DNA of 62,837 nt, the filler included, from Rhabdomonas costata (taxonomy: Eukaryota), in the NCBI GenBank assembly GCA_019059605.1. It is 49 parts of 49 records of this genome, joined end to end, with 100 filler letters (N's around TTAATTAATTAA, not from the genome) between each part and the next. Parts side by side here need not be neighbours in the genome. Positions count along the whole stretch, not along the records: positions 23,128 to 24,312 come from JAHMHO010024558.1; positions 24,413 to 25,597 come from JAHMHO010024559.1; positions 25,698 to 26,883 come from JAHMHO010024560.1; positions 26,984 to 28,168 come from JAHMHO010024561.1; positions 28,269 to 29,453 come from JAHMHO010024562.1; positions 29,554 to 30,738 come from JAHMHO010024563.1; positions 30,839 to 32,022 come from JAHMHO010024564.1; positions 32,123 to 33,305 come from JAHMHO010024565.1; 41 more parts are not named here. One strand, 5' to 3'. The notes beneath the pieces were generated by a model. That model had not been told where the DNA came from. It saw only the letters and a program-made list of their open reading frames with translations, and made no database searches. This document shows, piece after piece, positions 23,295 through 36,211 of the stretch (position 1 is its first letter; each line of letters starts with the position of its first letter). A program made the position numbers and the translations under genes.

Positions 23295-23454
23295 CCCTGG
23301 AAAGCGATGTCGCCGGATCCGGCCCAGCGTCCTCCTCCTCGGCCCCGCGGTGTCCCGCAAGTCCCCGAGCCCCTAACGCACGATTGGCGTGCAGCAGAAG
23401 CACAACCATCGCAAGGGCCCAGCCCCGAGCGGATGGGATCCACCCCGATGCCAT
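23295..23454 (-). CDS. First exon of a secreted/membrane protein (signal peptide)
   Basis: MASGWIPSARGWALAMVVLLLHANRALG..., GTAGCC donor; pyrimidine tract + AG at 23521-23520 upstream. Confidence 0.5.
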
Positions 23455-25034
23455 TTTTGGGAGGGTGCGCGTTTGAACGTTTGTGCAACAAAATAACAAA
23501 GCCGCCAGATGAGTGAAATCTGAGCAATGGTAAGGAGAAAACTGCATTCGGAGACACGAATGAGGCCCCGGTGGCACCTTCTTGAGCCAACAAAGCAAAG
23601 CGGACGCTCCTCCTGTACATGAGTTCCCAGCCCCACGACATAAGCACAAGCCGCTTATACTTCCCATTCCGATGTTAACTCTGTTACGGCCTATCCGGGG
23701 AGACCATCGTTATAGGGTTTGGTTTATTTGTTCTTTTGCTTTATCACGATCTTACGAAGACACGGACACTGGAATCCCAAAGGACGCCTGCGCTGCACTG
23801 GAAATCGTACAGTGCCCCCCCTCTCGTGTTGCAGTTCTCTGGAAACTGCCACTGAACGGAACGAACTGAATCGTAGGGTTACACAACACATTAACACAAC
23901 ATCGATTGCCGGGTGACAGCTTGGACATTGGCCAGAGTCAAGGGCATTGTCATGCCGATACACGGGTATTGACGGACCACAAAAAGAGAATGTGGCGCTC
24001 TCGAGGTCAGGGAAGGGGGGGGGGTGATACCTGTGCCCACTGTTACCAGTGATGTCCGTAATTGCCACTCCACCCCATTCCACCCCAACTTCCATGGGCA
24101 GGCAATTTAGGAATGAAGAAATTATAAACAGCACTCACAAAAGCTGAAACCCTCATAGACGAAATACGAGCCCGCACCGAGAGCTTACTCCCACCCCCGG
24201 CTTACATTTGGAGCGTTCTCTTTATTATAAATGGTTTATTGTCATACCGGATACGGGGTTAGTTCATCAAAATAGGATGAGCTAGCGACTTAGTTCCTGC
24301 ACCAACACACAANNNNNNNNNNNNNNNNNNNNNNNNNNNNNNNNNNNNNNNNNNNNTTAATTAATTAANNNNNNNNNNNNNNNNNNNNNNNNNNNNNNNN
24401 NNNNNNNNNNNNGGTGGTGGTTGCAATTTCGTCTCACTCCACGCGTGCGAGGCACGAAACCCGAAACATAAGGGAACGTCTTCAATGAAACAAACCAGGA
24501 CGTGGCAAATATGTGAACAAAAACGTCCCATGTGGCCGAATTACCCACCACCTTCTCTTCGTTCCCCCTTCCCCATGGTTACCTTAGATGCTCGACTACC
24601 TTTTCTCTTCCACTGAAGCTGATGAATGAGCTTGTTCCCCGCATATGGGCTGATGCGTAGTGACAACTCACCGCTCTCAGAAAGAAATTAGCATTGGAGT
24701 TGCGCGTTTTGAGAACCTACGAACTCCATTCGCTCCTGCAGGAGCACTTTGTGGTGTGTGTATGAGCCTGCAGTATGCCCTCTGTGCGGCTTGCTCGGGA
24801 TCAGCGCACTCTCTCCATTTTTGCGCGACCCCCATAAGTGTGGCGTTCCAGGTCTGTAGCGGATCTGGAACACCAACGCTGGCGTGAAATCCGAGCGTAG
24901 CCGAACGCATGCCGCACTTCTCGCGGCTTTTCACGTGCCTCGAGTTAAACGACGCACTCACACACGCATGGTTCATGACATGCATGCTCGCATCGCCTCT
25001 GTGCCTTTTTTGCCACACCCGAGACACCATTCAC

Positions 25035-25056
25035 GTGTGTGTGTGTGTGTGTGTGT
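25035..25056. repeat. (GT)n microsatellite
   Basis: gtgtgtgtgtgtgtgtgtgtgt. Confidence 0.85.
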
Positions 25057-25701
25057 GACACAGTCTCATGTGTGTGTGTGGAGGAGTGTATAATTTCCTG
25101 GTATGTGTGAGTATTACTGTATAGTTTCCGTGTATGTGAAAGCAGTGCAATGTGGTTTTCTCCGCACAGTAGTGCGTGCCTTTGTCGGTGATCTGTTTCT
25201 ATCCATCACTATCTCTGATCTCCTTTCTTTTCCTATCCTTTGCTGACTACTGTGCACAACCCCAAAAACATTGTTTCTCCAGTGCAGGTTCCTTTTTTGC
25301 AAATTGCCTGTTGAGGTGGCTGTGTGCTTTGTCTACGCAAAAAGGCAGTCTTGCTAAAGTGTTCCTTCACACTCATGTCACATGCCCAGTGCCCGTCCCG
25401 TGATATACTGAGGCAGACATACGTGGAGCGGAACAACAGCACAACATTGTATTCAGAAAACTCCATATTTCACCACTTTTGTCTTCCCCATGAAAATGGA
25501 TTGCGCCACGGCAGATTAGGCGCTCACACCTAAGAAAAAGACAAAGTAACTTGTTCGACAAGTTCAGCAAGTTCAGAACCTCCTGCTCCACAACCACNNN
25601 NNNNNNNNNNNNNNNNNNNNNNNNNNNNNNNNNNNNNNNNNTTAATTAATTAANNNNNNNNNNNNNNNNNNNNNNNNNNNNNNNNNNNNNNNNNNNNCCT
25701 T

Positions 25702-26265
25702 AGGGCCCCCACGAAACGCAGTGAGTGGGGATTGGAGGCATGAACGTAGTGAATGCCGACAGGATACAGGAACGAGGGAGCGCAGCGACCGAGTGACAAG
25801 CAACATCTTCTGTATCTGTGAGGGAGCGTAGCCGCACCGCGGTGGAGCGACCGAACCACTGCATTTAGGAGGAGATGCTGACCGTAGGGAGGCATCGACG
25901 ACATCAACATCTTTTACCCCTAGAGGCTCATCCCGTCGCTCCCCACCATTTAAGGTGGTTCGCTCCTCTCCTCTTCACTCTTCTTCTTTCTTCACTCCCA
26001 GGGCCCCCACGAAACGCAGTGAGTGGGGATTGGAGGCATGAACGTAGTGAATGCCGACAGGATACAGGAACGAGGGAGCGCAGCGACCGAGTGACAAGCA
26101 ACATCTTCTGTATCTGTGAGGGAGCGTAGCCGCACCGCGGTGGAGCGACCGAACCACTGCATTTAGGAGGAGATGCTGACCGTAGGGAGGCATCGACGAC
26201 ATCAACATCTTTTACCCCTAGAGGCTCATCCCGTCGCTCCCCACCATTAGGTGGTACGCTCCTCT
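25702..26265. repeat. Tandem direct repeat, period 298 nt, made of G.A-ladder hairpins (non-coding element, copy 2; hairpins continue to 26464)
   Basis: 25702-~25968 is nearly identical to 26000-~26265. Hairpins at 25737-25757, 25770-25796, 25874-25896, 26381-26419 and 26435-26456. Confidence 0.9.
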
Positions 26266-26987
26266 TCACAACCCCCTCAACTCATGCCTTTACTATACCT
26301 GTCTCTTCGCATCCTTACACCGTCATAAGACGCTTACAGGATGCTCCGACCGGGCGAGGCCGGAGGGAATACCATGAGAGGAGTGAACGAGTGGACCGGG
26401 TACCGGGGAACGAGTGAACCATCATTCTTAGGGAGTGAGAGACGCAAGGATCTCACGACCGGCAAGAACACAAAATACACCCTTACACCCCTAGAATACA
26501 AGAAGGCCCTCAGAATGCATTAAGGTGGAAGGAACGAAGGCATGGTGCTTGTCGACATGCCGTAGTAGAGAGTGTCTGCGAGGCGAGGATGGTTGGGAGT
26601 CGGAGGAATGCCTCAGGGTACGTGGAAGGTCTCAAGGCATCACGTCAAGGCCTCACATCACCCTCTCACCTTCAGACGTAAAACCCTCACGTGACCTCAG
26701 AAATCCAGACCCTCGAACCCCAGACCTCCACAGAAACGAAGAACCCTCTGACACCCTGAGAACACAAAGCGTAGTACAGTCATGCATCGAGCCACTCACA
26801 ACACTCACACCCTCCAACTTCTGACCCTCACACCCAAAAACGTGACCCTGACCCTCCAACTCCACACACCCCTCCTGACACCCNNNNNNNNNNNNNNNNN
26901 NNNNNNNNNNNNNNNNNNNNNNNNNNNTTAATTAATTAANNNNNNNNNNNNNNNNNNNNNNNNNNNNNNNNNNNNNNNNNNNNGTGT

Positions 26988-27073
26988 GGGGTTAGCATCC
27001 AGGTGCGCCAGAAGGTTTCGATTTCCAGTTCCACCATAAAACGAGAATGCCTGGCCACCTGGATGCTAACCCC
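26988..27073. repeat. Terminal fold-back inverted repeat, 18-bp arms
   Basis: ggggttagcatccaggtg versus cacctggatgctaacccc. Confidence 0.8.
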
Positions 27074-28379
27074 TTCGACCCTCCAACTGCCTGTAATTCG
27101 TGTGAGCAAGCTCGGCAGGCCAAGTTCGGATTGCTCAGAGCTAATCGCGGAGGAGCTGTGAACCGGAGTGGGGGGGTTGTACACAGTTATCGCCCCTCTT
27201 TATTTTCTCTCCATTGTTTGTTTCGATTCTTCACTTGCCCTCGTTTTCCCTCCTCGTTTCCCTTCCTTTTTTGTCAACAAAAGCAATGAGCTCGCGAGCC
27301 CCTCTTTCCAGCAGGGTCATGCACAATCCCTACTCGTTTGGAAGTGTGTGCCCGCATGCGCGATGTTTGAATTGTGGGCTGTATTTTGCGACAAGCCCCT
27401 CTCCATGAATTCTCATAGCTGAGTCAGTTCCACAACCCAGACAGGTCAAGCACCCTGCCCAAGGCAGAGCCTGCGGTTTTGAAAAAACGTGTATAATGAT
27501 GATTGTACCGCAGGGGGCGAGCGGATTTTCGGCCGCCGTGGTTTGCGTTCTGTAAATAAAGCACGCAACATGAAATCGCGGAAGAATATAATCAGCCTGC
27601 TGAAGCCGATCGCAAGAGGGAAATGGAAACCTGGTTCAAACGGATAACGCACGTTCGTCTGAGTTTTGTGGGTATCGATCCTAAAAAAAGCCCAAAATTG
27701 TTTCGTTCCTCGTGTGAAATGTTAGTAGTTGTTTGCATCAGGAATGGAAGTGATCCTCAACCTGTATGTTTTTTATTAGCCTTTTAATCTTAATTGGAGT
27801 GCACTAGAGCTCTTGTTTTTCCACGGCAATACCGTCGTTCATCCGCAATTGCAATTGCTAGGCGTATCCTCTCTTGTGCTTGCGCAGAGCTGATCTCCGC
27901 GGAACGACGCCCGTCCAGGCTCTCTGATCCGCATCTGTGTGTGAAAATAGCCCATGCCCGTCTTTTGCCTTTTCTTTGGAGGATAAAAAGTCCTTGGATT
28001 TTATCTTTGCTATGAAGAGATGTGCAGTTTAAGTCGGCAAGTGATCTCCTCTCAGGTGAGTTAGAAATTTCCGTGCTTGCTTGGTTTGGGCTTGAGCGCA
28101 GGCCCGCTCTGCCAATTTCGGTGAGACGCATTTGTTTTTCATGTGCGATCGGAACCTTCACAACAACANNNNNNNNNNNNNNNNNNNNNNNNNNNNNNNN
28201 NNNNNNNNNNNNTTAATTAATTAANNNNNNNNNNNNNNNNNNNNNNNNNNNNNNNNNNNNNNNNNNNNTGTTGTGTGGGATAGTATAGCCATTGTACCAT
28301 GACCAATATATATGGGACCCCCCCCCCCACGTATCATTTCCCCAGTAGCGAGAACGCGTCCGAGCTGAGCAGCACGGGC

Positions 28380-28493
28380 CTTCCAGTGCTTGTTGGACTC
28401 CTGGAACAGAGTCTTGGGCTTCTCCTTGCGGGAGGAGATCATGGTGCGCACCAGCTTCTGGAATTCATCCTCTGTGTAGCTCTGCAGGTACGC
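28380..28493 (-). CDS. Insulysin/nardilysin family (M16A) peptidase, C-terminal-domain exon
   Basis: cccacag acceptor; AYLQSYTEDEFQKLVRTMISSRKEKPKTLFQESNKHWK resembles IDE [41 protein letters not shown] donor. Confidence 0.72.
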
Positions 28494-28856
28494 CTGTGGG
28501 GTGTCCGAGGAAAAGAAGAGGGCCCTTTTTTAGGACAACCCTGTTCTGAACCGAGCCACACCACACCACTGCCCTGTCCTAAGGGGGTACCATCGTACCA
28601 TCGCGTGGGTTCAGGGGTCCACTACCGAATATAAGACGAGATGAACCAAAGCCCGATGGGTTGCAGGAGGTCATTGCTGTTGCTCTGTGCAACTGTGGTT
28701 ATTGGCTCAAGCGGTTTTCCATGTTAAACGTTCAATGCCACCCCCACCCGCCAGATTCTCCAAACAATGAGCCCCAGCTTACAAACAAACCAGCAGGCCA
28801 TCACCAAGCAAACCCCGCGGCCACCTCACTCTGACACACACACACAAACCAACGGC

Positions 28857-29128
28857 TTGGTGGGGATGGTAAATCACGTCGGCTGGGGCCTCGGGCACGG
28901 CCGCGGAGGCTGCGGAGGGTGCCGGGGTGACCCTCACAGAGTCAAACCCGGCCGAGCTGACCCGAGTGTAGTTGAGGTTACGGCAGCGCCGCTCGAAGCT
29001 CCACCGCCGGCCCACGGCCACGTCGCACACCAGCACCTCAAAGCCCCGCGTGGTGGGGTCCACGGGCACGAAGTCCGGGAAGTACAGACCGAGCCCATAG
29101 GGCCCCGGATTGGGGGGAAGCTCAAAAC
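28857..29128 (-). CDS. Exon of unknown protein
   Basis: GC3-rich open frame FELPPNPGPYGLGLYFPDFVPVDPTTRGFEVLVCDVAVGRRWSFERRC... after a cgtag acceptor; donor uncertain. Confidence 0.45.
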
Positions 29129-29620
29129 CTACGCCGAACCACAATCAGAATCAGAAAAAGAATCAATGGGTTCGGCGGTGGGCGGGTAGCGACGCCTCGT
29201 TGCCAGGTCCACAAGCAGGTCTGCAGGAATCTCAAATCCCAGCCCTTTTGGTCTTCTCGGCATTGCCCAACCCGCCCGGAATCTGCTCCAAAGGTCACCA
29301 TAGCATGCATGCAACCGAAAGTCGGAAACTGGAAACGCAACACAACCCTAAACCCCATGTTCCAGCCTTCATTGCCAAAAAAAAAATAGCCAGCAGGGAG
29401 TTGGCAGCCCCACACACATACTCTACTACTACACAACCAAACACACCCACCACNNNNNNNNNNNNNNNNNNNNNNNNNNNNNNNNNNNNNNNNNNNNTTA
29501 ATTAATTAANNNNNNNNNNNNNNNNNNNNNNNNNNNNNNNNNNNNNNNNNNNNGGTTTTTGGTGTTCCGCAAAAGCGATCGATTCCTGCCGTGGGTTTTT
29601 TGAGCTTATGTCAAATTCAG

Positions 29621-30016
29621 GTCGAGCCCGCGCAGCAATTTCGTATGGCGATTCTGCAGGCATCTATCTTCACAACTGTGATACTGTGATGCACAGTAGC
29701 ATTGGGCTGATTTCTGTTCTGCTTCCTCGCTCTTTAGTTTGGGGTGCCCACGGTTTTCAGCTCTGCTTGCTTTGCATTTTAGGATATCATTGAGAGCAAC
29801 ACGGAAGCCAACTTGGTCTTCAGCGTGTGGTTGATGGAGCAGTATGCTGGATGCTGGGTGCCCGTTTGTTATGTCTCTTGATTGCTGTCTTCTCGCTCCC
29901 TTAAGAGTATTTCCATTTATGGGACATTCGGCCCCTCCCCCTTCTGAATATTGTTCAACAGGTACATCGTGCACTGCAAGCCCGAGTTTGTGGCGGAGCT
30001 CTTCGACCTAGCAAAG
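29621..30016 (+). CDS. Three short exons of unknown protein
   Basis: 29621-29659, 29783-29829, 29962-30016 join in frame: VEPAQQFRMAILQ|DIIESNTEANLVFSVW|YIVHCKPEFVAELFDLAK. First donor is GC. Confidence 0.55.
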
Positions 30017-30528
30017 GTAGTCAATGGTTTTCGAACGATTGCGTGAAAAATGAAAGCCACGGCTCCAGGCTGCAAATTTCAGTTAAATGGGAACTTCTGT
30101 CTGCATGTTTTTGAAAGCGGACAAAATCTATCCAGCTCAACAATTCAAGAAAACTCGTGTCGAGAAACCATAGACGCCCGATTCCCTGACCAAAACAAAC
30201 GAGTCCTATCCCAGGACGAATTCCCGGGGCCGAATGCAAGACCAGCTCCTTGGTATCGCTGTATTTGCGGCGTCCCCGGTCTGATCGCAGGTGATCAGTA
30301 TTGTTGCTCTATTTCTCTGTCTTTTTGTATATCGTCCCTCCCTCCCTCGCACGCAGTCGGAGACAGACCAAAAGATACGCATCTCCTCTTCCTGTGAATC
30401 CGATCCGATCCTCACACTTGTCTCCAAAGGTGTCCGAGAAACAGGGAACGTTGGACCACTGCACCACTTCACCCCTCAAATTCGCCCCTAACGCAGTCCA
30501 TCCGACCTCTCTTTTAAATTAAAACGCG

Positions 30529-30552
30529 CTCTCTCTCTCTCTCTCTCTCTCT
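30529..30552. repeat. (CT)n microsatellite
   Basis: tctctctctctctctctctctctc. Confidence 0.85.
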
Positions 30553-30838
30553 AGAAAGGTACACCGATTTACCCCTTTTCACTTCCCCTTCAGGCCTCCT
30601 CTCTCTCTCTCGCTCGCTCGCTCGCGTAACTGGGAAGCCTGCTTTGAGGAACACTTCCGTGCCTTGTGCAAACAGTATGGTAGCGCTAAGTGCTGTGTTT
30701 GCTTATCTCATTCTCCCTCCCTCTCCTTCCACAAAACCNNNNNNNNNNNNNNNNNNNNNNNNNNNNNNNNNNNNNNNNNNNNTTAATTAATTAANNNNNN
30801 NNNNNNNNNNNNNNNNNNNNNNNNNNNNNNNNNNNNNN

Positions 30839-31237
30839 GGAAGGAGGAGCGCAGCCTCGAGGGACACACCGATTCCGTCAACGCGGTAGCCGTGACTCCG
30901 GACTGGAAGCACATTGTCAGCGGCAGTCGCGACAAGACCATCAAGGTGTGGAACCTGGATACTGGATGTGAAACGTGTTGCCAGGAGGATCTCGCCGATA
31001 TTCTGTCGGGTGCCCAGCGTTTTGCCTCGGCTGGCGTCAGCACTGGGTTCCCTTTCGTTAGTTCCCTTTTTATGAGTGTCGGGTACCATTACCACGTTAG
31101 TGATGTTCAGTATATGCTTCTTTCTGATGGTGCCGACGCCCCTCCAGTTTTTCGCAGAGCCAAATGGTCCCCCCACAGCTGCCGTCAACAGCGACGATGC
31201 TGAAGCCGATCCTGGAGACGACAAGCTCGACGACTAG
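30839..31237 (+). CDS. WD40-repeat protein, last two exons
   Basis: [38 protein letters not shown]; exons to 31009 and 31158-31237 ending in TAG. Confidence 0.88.
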
Positions 31238-31897
31238 GACTCTTCGTTTTCTGCACATCTCGCTCTGCCTGAACATACCTTTTAAATGTCGGATGGACCC
31301 ACACTCCCTTGTCCTTCAAACTCGCTCCTTTCCTCCACTCACTCTGTACATACCCACCCTCTCCTATCCCTCATGTCTGCTCTATTCCCTTCTGATTGGT
31401 TGCCCTCTCCAGAGTTTGTGCATTTCTCCCTGCGTTCTTCGCCACAGTTACCTGAACGACAGTGAGAGTAATTTTCTGTTGTATCCGTTTCCTGAAAGCC
31501 GCTAGTGTGTGTAGTATTGGACAAAAACATTCAGAAGTCAAATCTTGGTTTTTGTTTGTGTAGGTCACTGGTTTTGAAGCGTACGGGATCATGGGGACGC
31601 CCCCCTCCTATCAAGTCCATGTTGCCCCCCCCCTGTTTACCGTGCATTTTACGGACCCAATGATGCATTGAGGGTGTGTTGCGCGGGGGGGGGGCTCTGC
31701 AACCCTCCCCTCCCCCGCACTCACATGCATATAGGGTATGCGCACATCGCTCCCTAACCCCTGCGACAGCTTCTGTCATGTGATAAAATTGATCTTCGCC
31801 ATTTTAGGAGAGAAAATGGCGGAATGGGGGCTCGTTCACTCATCAGCACTTTCGAGACTCGCTGGAGCACTGTGGCTGTGGCTGTGGCTGTGGCTGT

Positions 31898-32015
31898 GTG
31901 TACTGCTTCAGACGTACCTAAATGGCTTCGGATGAACCTATATGGACCTGTAAGTCATACCCTCTGGGTCCATCTTGATTCTTGATTCCATTTAGGTACG
32001 TCTGAAGCAGCACAC
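31898..32015. repeat. Terminal fold-back inverted repeat, ~28-bp arms
   Basis: ctgcttcagacgtacctaaatgg versus ccatttaggtacgtctgaagcag at the contig end. Confidence 0.85.
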
Positions 32016-35000
32016 ACACAACNNNNNNNNNNNNNNNNNNNNNNNNNNNNNNNNNNNNNNNNNNNNTTAATTAATTAANNNNNNNNNNNNNNNNNNNNNN
32101 NNNNNNNNNNNNNNNNNNNNNNGGGGTTTGGGCTTTTGGAGGTGCGAATCTGTGATTCAACTGCATTTATTTGAACGCTCTTTGTGAAGTGTTGCGATGG
32201 GTCGTGCCTGCCCACAGTGATCGTGAAGCAGGTTCGAGTAAGTGCACAAGCCTGTCTCCGCTGTCACTGCATGCCACCTGGTGTCCAGGGATGGAATTTT
32301 GCCAGACTGTTGACTATGGGTTGTGGTTTTTCAAAGGGGGTGCCTCCTCCTTGCGAAGTGGAGGTGTGCTTCGCGCCCAGCCTCAGGCTGCAACGCGGGG
32401 TGGAGCGGGTCCGCGCCGCGGCCCTGATCTCCGCCGTTTTCGCGGAGGCCGCCGTGGAGAAGTAATCAGACTGCTGGCGATATCTATATGCGGGTCCGCT
32501 GGCGAAACGTAGGCTTTTGATGCCGACTGTTGTATTTCCTATGTGTGTATGTACATGTGCGTGCGTGCCGGTGCAGAGGAACGGCTTGCAGTTTTGCATG
32601 TTCGGTGACTCAATGTGGTGCAGATGAGGTTGGTCGCGCCAGAGGAGAGTATGGGAAGATTCTGGATCGCTTGCCGTTGTGCAGACCTCAGATCTCGATG
32701 TTGTCGTCCCAATGTGTTTTTGTGAAGACCACCTTGCGCTCTCAGAAGAGAAGGTAGCTGAAGTATTACAAAGTGGCATCACCTTTGTTTCAGAAGTGAA
32801 GAGGCATTCTGGTGAATTTCTGGTCGTCTCCCCCACCCTTTCTCGTTGCCAGAGGGCGAACTCGTCGTTTTCTTCACCAGTCTGTATTCTCAAGTTCTTG
32901 GTTTGATTTAGCTTGGGTGGTTGTCTATCTTCGGATGAAAAGCTACTCCCCTCTGAGTGGGGAGGACCCAGACGGTGGGAGTATGCCGCTGCGTCGTCAG
33001 TAGGACCCGCTCACCTCTGCACCACCCGCGCCCCAGGTAACGGTTTGCTGCCTCAACTCATTGCTTGTTTCACCACTTTATGTAATAGATTCTACTCTGG
33101 GTTCTCCGCCTCTGAGAAGCGTCTTGTTTGGTTTGGGAACGCTGGCACGCTTCTCCCGTGTGGGAAGAAGCCACTGATTGTTTGGCTTTGCTTTCTTTGG
33201 CTTTGCTTCTATTTGTTGCTGATGGGTATGCCTTTGTATCTTTGGCAGGGGATGTTGCCCCTACCTGTGCCGTCTGCCCCTGCCGAGATACAAAGGCATA
33301 CCCACNNNNNNNNNNNNNNNNNNNNNNNNNNNNNNNNNNNNNNNNNNNNTTAATTAATTAANNNNNNNNNNNNNNNNNNNNNNNNNNNNNNNNNNNNNNN
33401 NNNNNGGGGGTGTGTGTGAGAGTTTGCGAGCGTGAGAATGAAATACGCCCTGAGCTTTAGGCATCAATAAAAGAATACCCCCACCACGGGTGCAACCAAA
33501 GCCAAGCCAAAGGAAATGGGCAAACAGTCGCCTAGTGACAGAAGAAAAACAAAAAGAAGGGGAACAAGGGCGGGCCAACCTTACGCAAGGTAAGGAGGTC
33601 CGAGATAAGGTCAGTGGGCTCATCGTCAGGTTCTTTGCAACTGCGGGATTGAGGTCGACTTTTTGTGGGATGCTTCGCATTTAAATCGGAGGATGGGTCG
33701 GGTTTTGCATGTGCGAGGTAAGGGGTGAAGGGATGATAGATGCACAAGGCTGTGGTTGAGATGGGCTTATGAAAGAGAGGGTTTCCCACACAAACATCAA
33801 ACTGTCAGAACTCCGAGGAAAGTTGCACATCAAATTGAATAGTTTCCTTCAGTAGCCTTAAAGCAACCACGGTAAGCGAAAATGTGTTTTTCTGGTTCAA
33901 AAACGGCACCCAACTCACCCACTCAAATTCATCAGGAAACACTCACAGCCGCACTTTATTCAAACAATATGGGTGAAAATCGAAACTTTCCCCCCTCCAA
34001 ACCTCTGTAACCTCTGTAATGTCTTCCTTTTTAGAAACGTTTTCCACCTCTTAATTTTTTAATTTTGAGGTCAAACGGGCAGTATATGTGAAATATGTTG
34101 TTCGGTGTGTTTTTTACGGATCGAAGATGTGAAGGCTGTGAAGGTTTCGCGGTGTTTTCAAGGTCTCAGTTGAGTAATATTCAGCGGACTGCAGGATACG
34201 TGACCTTATTTTGTTTTCAGCTCCGGCTCACTCTGCGGGTGAGAGTTTGGGTGGTCCTTTCTTGCGCTCAGCATTGCGGGTTTTTTTGGTTGCTAGTAAG
34301 TTTCGTTTTTGATGTGCCCAGCTTCGCCTCGGCTTGCCGGGGCTCTCCGCTGCAAGCCCTGTAAATAGTATTTAGACTTCCCTGGCTTGTCTATAAGTCG
34401 TGAGGTTTGTTTTTAGGTGCCCTGGTTTTCTCCAAAAGGGCAGGGCCCACCGAGGCCCCCGCTCTGCCCCCCACACCCCAGTTTCCCAGTCTACCAAAAG
34501 GACATGTCGCTGCTGCCCCAAAGCCATGTCATCGACACGATCACGCGGCGGTGGAAGCTTCTGGAGCACCCGCACAAGCCACCCAAAACCNNNNNNNNNN
34601 NNNNNNNNNNNNNNNNNNNNNNNNNNNNNNNNNNTTAATTAATTAANNNNNNNNNNNNNNNNNNNNNNNNNNNNNNNNNNNNNNNNNNNNTGTTGTGGGT
34701 TCTGGGACTTCGAGGGGTGGTCTGCCGTTCATTCTTATCCATCAATGTTATTTTCAAGGTGCACTCTGTTTGTCAGGCAGTAAGTGTTCGTGGATCGGTG
34801 GATCAGTGTACCCTGCACTCACCGTGCGGGAGCGCGAAGGAGAGGGAGACTGGGGTGGAGGGGGGGGGGCGTGGTCCTCCTTCTCCTACCCCCTTCGATT
34901 CTTTTTCCCTTTTTCATTTTCTCTTTCCTTTTCTCCTTCCCCGTGGCGATGGTGCAGACCAGACTTTGCCCCGCGCCTCCCGTGCCGGATCCCCCTCCTC

Positions 35001-35554
35001 CCTCTCCGGCTTTTTCATTCCCACATGTCGCCTCCACCAGAAAAACACGTTTTCGGCGTTAGTGCCGGGACTCTTTTCTTTTCACGCTCCCCAGCGGCGC
35101 TGCCATACTTGCCCTTGCCTTTCCTTTTTCTTCCCTCGCACGCTCCAGTTTTTCTACGGTGCTGTGTTGTTGTTGTTTTCGGGGCCTTCTGGCTCATTTT
35201 GTGGCCTTCGGTGCAGCACCATTACGTCACATCCCTTTTTTCACCCTCACACCACACCTTTTTTTCCTCTGAAAACATTTCCACCCTCTGCGAACCCGAG
35301 AAGCCCCAAACCTCTCCGCTGTGTTGGCACCGCTGCAGTGGTGCGCCGCGATTCTCCCCATTCGCGAATGCGTTGAAGCGTTGTTAGAAGTTAAATCGGG
35401 TGGTGGAAAAAGGAATTTCGAATACAGATGTGCTTTGTTGGTCTTTTGTGCCCCTTGTCTGATCTCTTGCTTTTCACATGAAGCGGGCCAAGGTAACTGC
35501 AGCAGAGGTCAGATCTTTTAAGGCTATGCGCAAGAATGGTCGAAATGGTCGAAA

Positions 35555-35840
35555 GGGAGGCTGAAGGGCAGAAACCGCACCACTGTGCGGCGTTACTGCA
35601 CTAACCAGTGTTGTTCCAAAGCGATGTTTGAATACCCGAATTATTCAAGCTATCAAAAAGCTGAGGCGGAAGCTTCCTCTCCGAAGGAAGATTGGATGTG
35701 AGTTGGTCGCAGCTGAGGTTCGAATGAGCCGTCAGCATGTTTCCGCTGTGATGAAAGGGCTTGGGATGGTGGATAGGAAAGAGAAACTTTGGCTGCACCC
35801 AAAAATTTATGAATATGGGACACATGTGTACTCCCAGGCA
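35555..35840 (+). mobile_element. Possible frameshifted Tc1/mariner-like transposase DNA-binding (paired HTH) relic
   Basis: RLKGRNRTTVRRYC in one frame, then PKRCLNTRIIQAIKKLRRKLP...ELVAAEVRMSRQHVSAVMKGLGMVDRK in another; no DDE domain visible. Confidence 0.25.
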
Positions 35841-36211
35841 CGCAGTCAGTGAATGACGTTTTTGCCCCACACCCNNNNNNNNNNNNNNNNNNNNNNNNNN
35901 NNNNNNNNNNNNNNNNNNTTAATTAATTAANNNNNNNNNNNNNNNNNNNNNNNNNNNNNNNNNNNNNNNNNNNNTGTATAACTCCTGAACACAAAACAAC
36001 GCACCGAACTTAACAACACTAAACACTTAACTCTTTTCTTCGCAAAAAAAAGTGGCAAATTAATTCCTTTCTTGGACACCACACTTTGGGTCCCTCGTGG
36101 TCCCCTACATCGCTCACTCACGGGGGAACTTACAGTGGGGAAAGAAGGGGGTGGAGGGTGCTCTTTTCCCCTGCTTCTTATTTTGGGAAGTTAGCGATTG
36201 TTTGTCCATAG

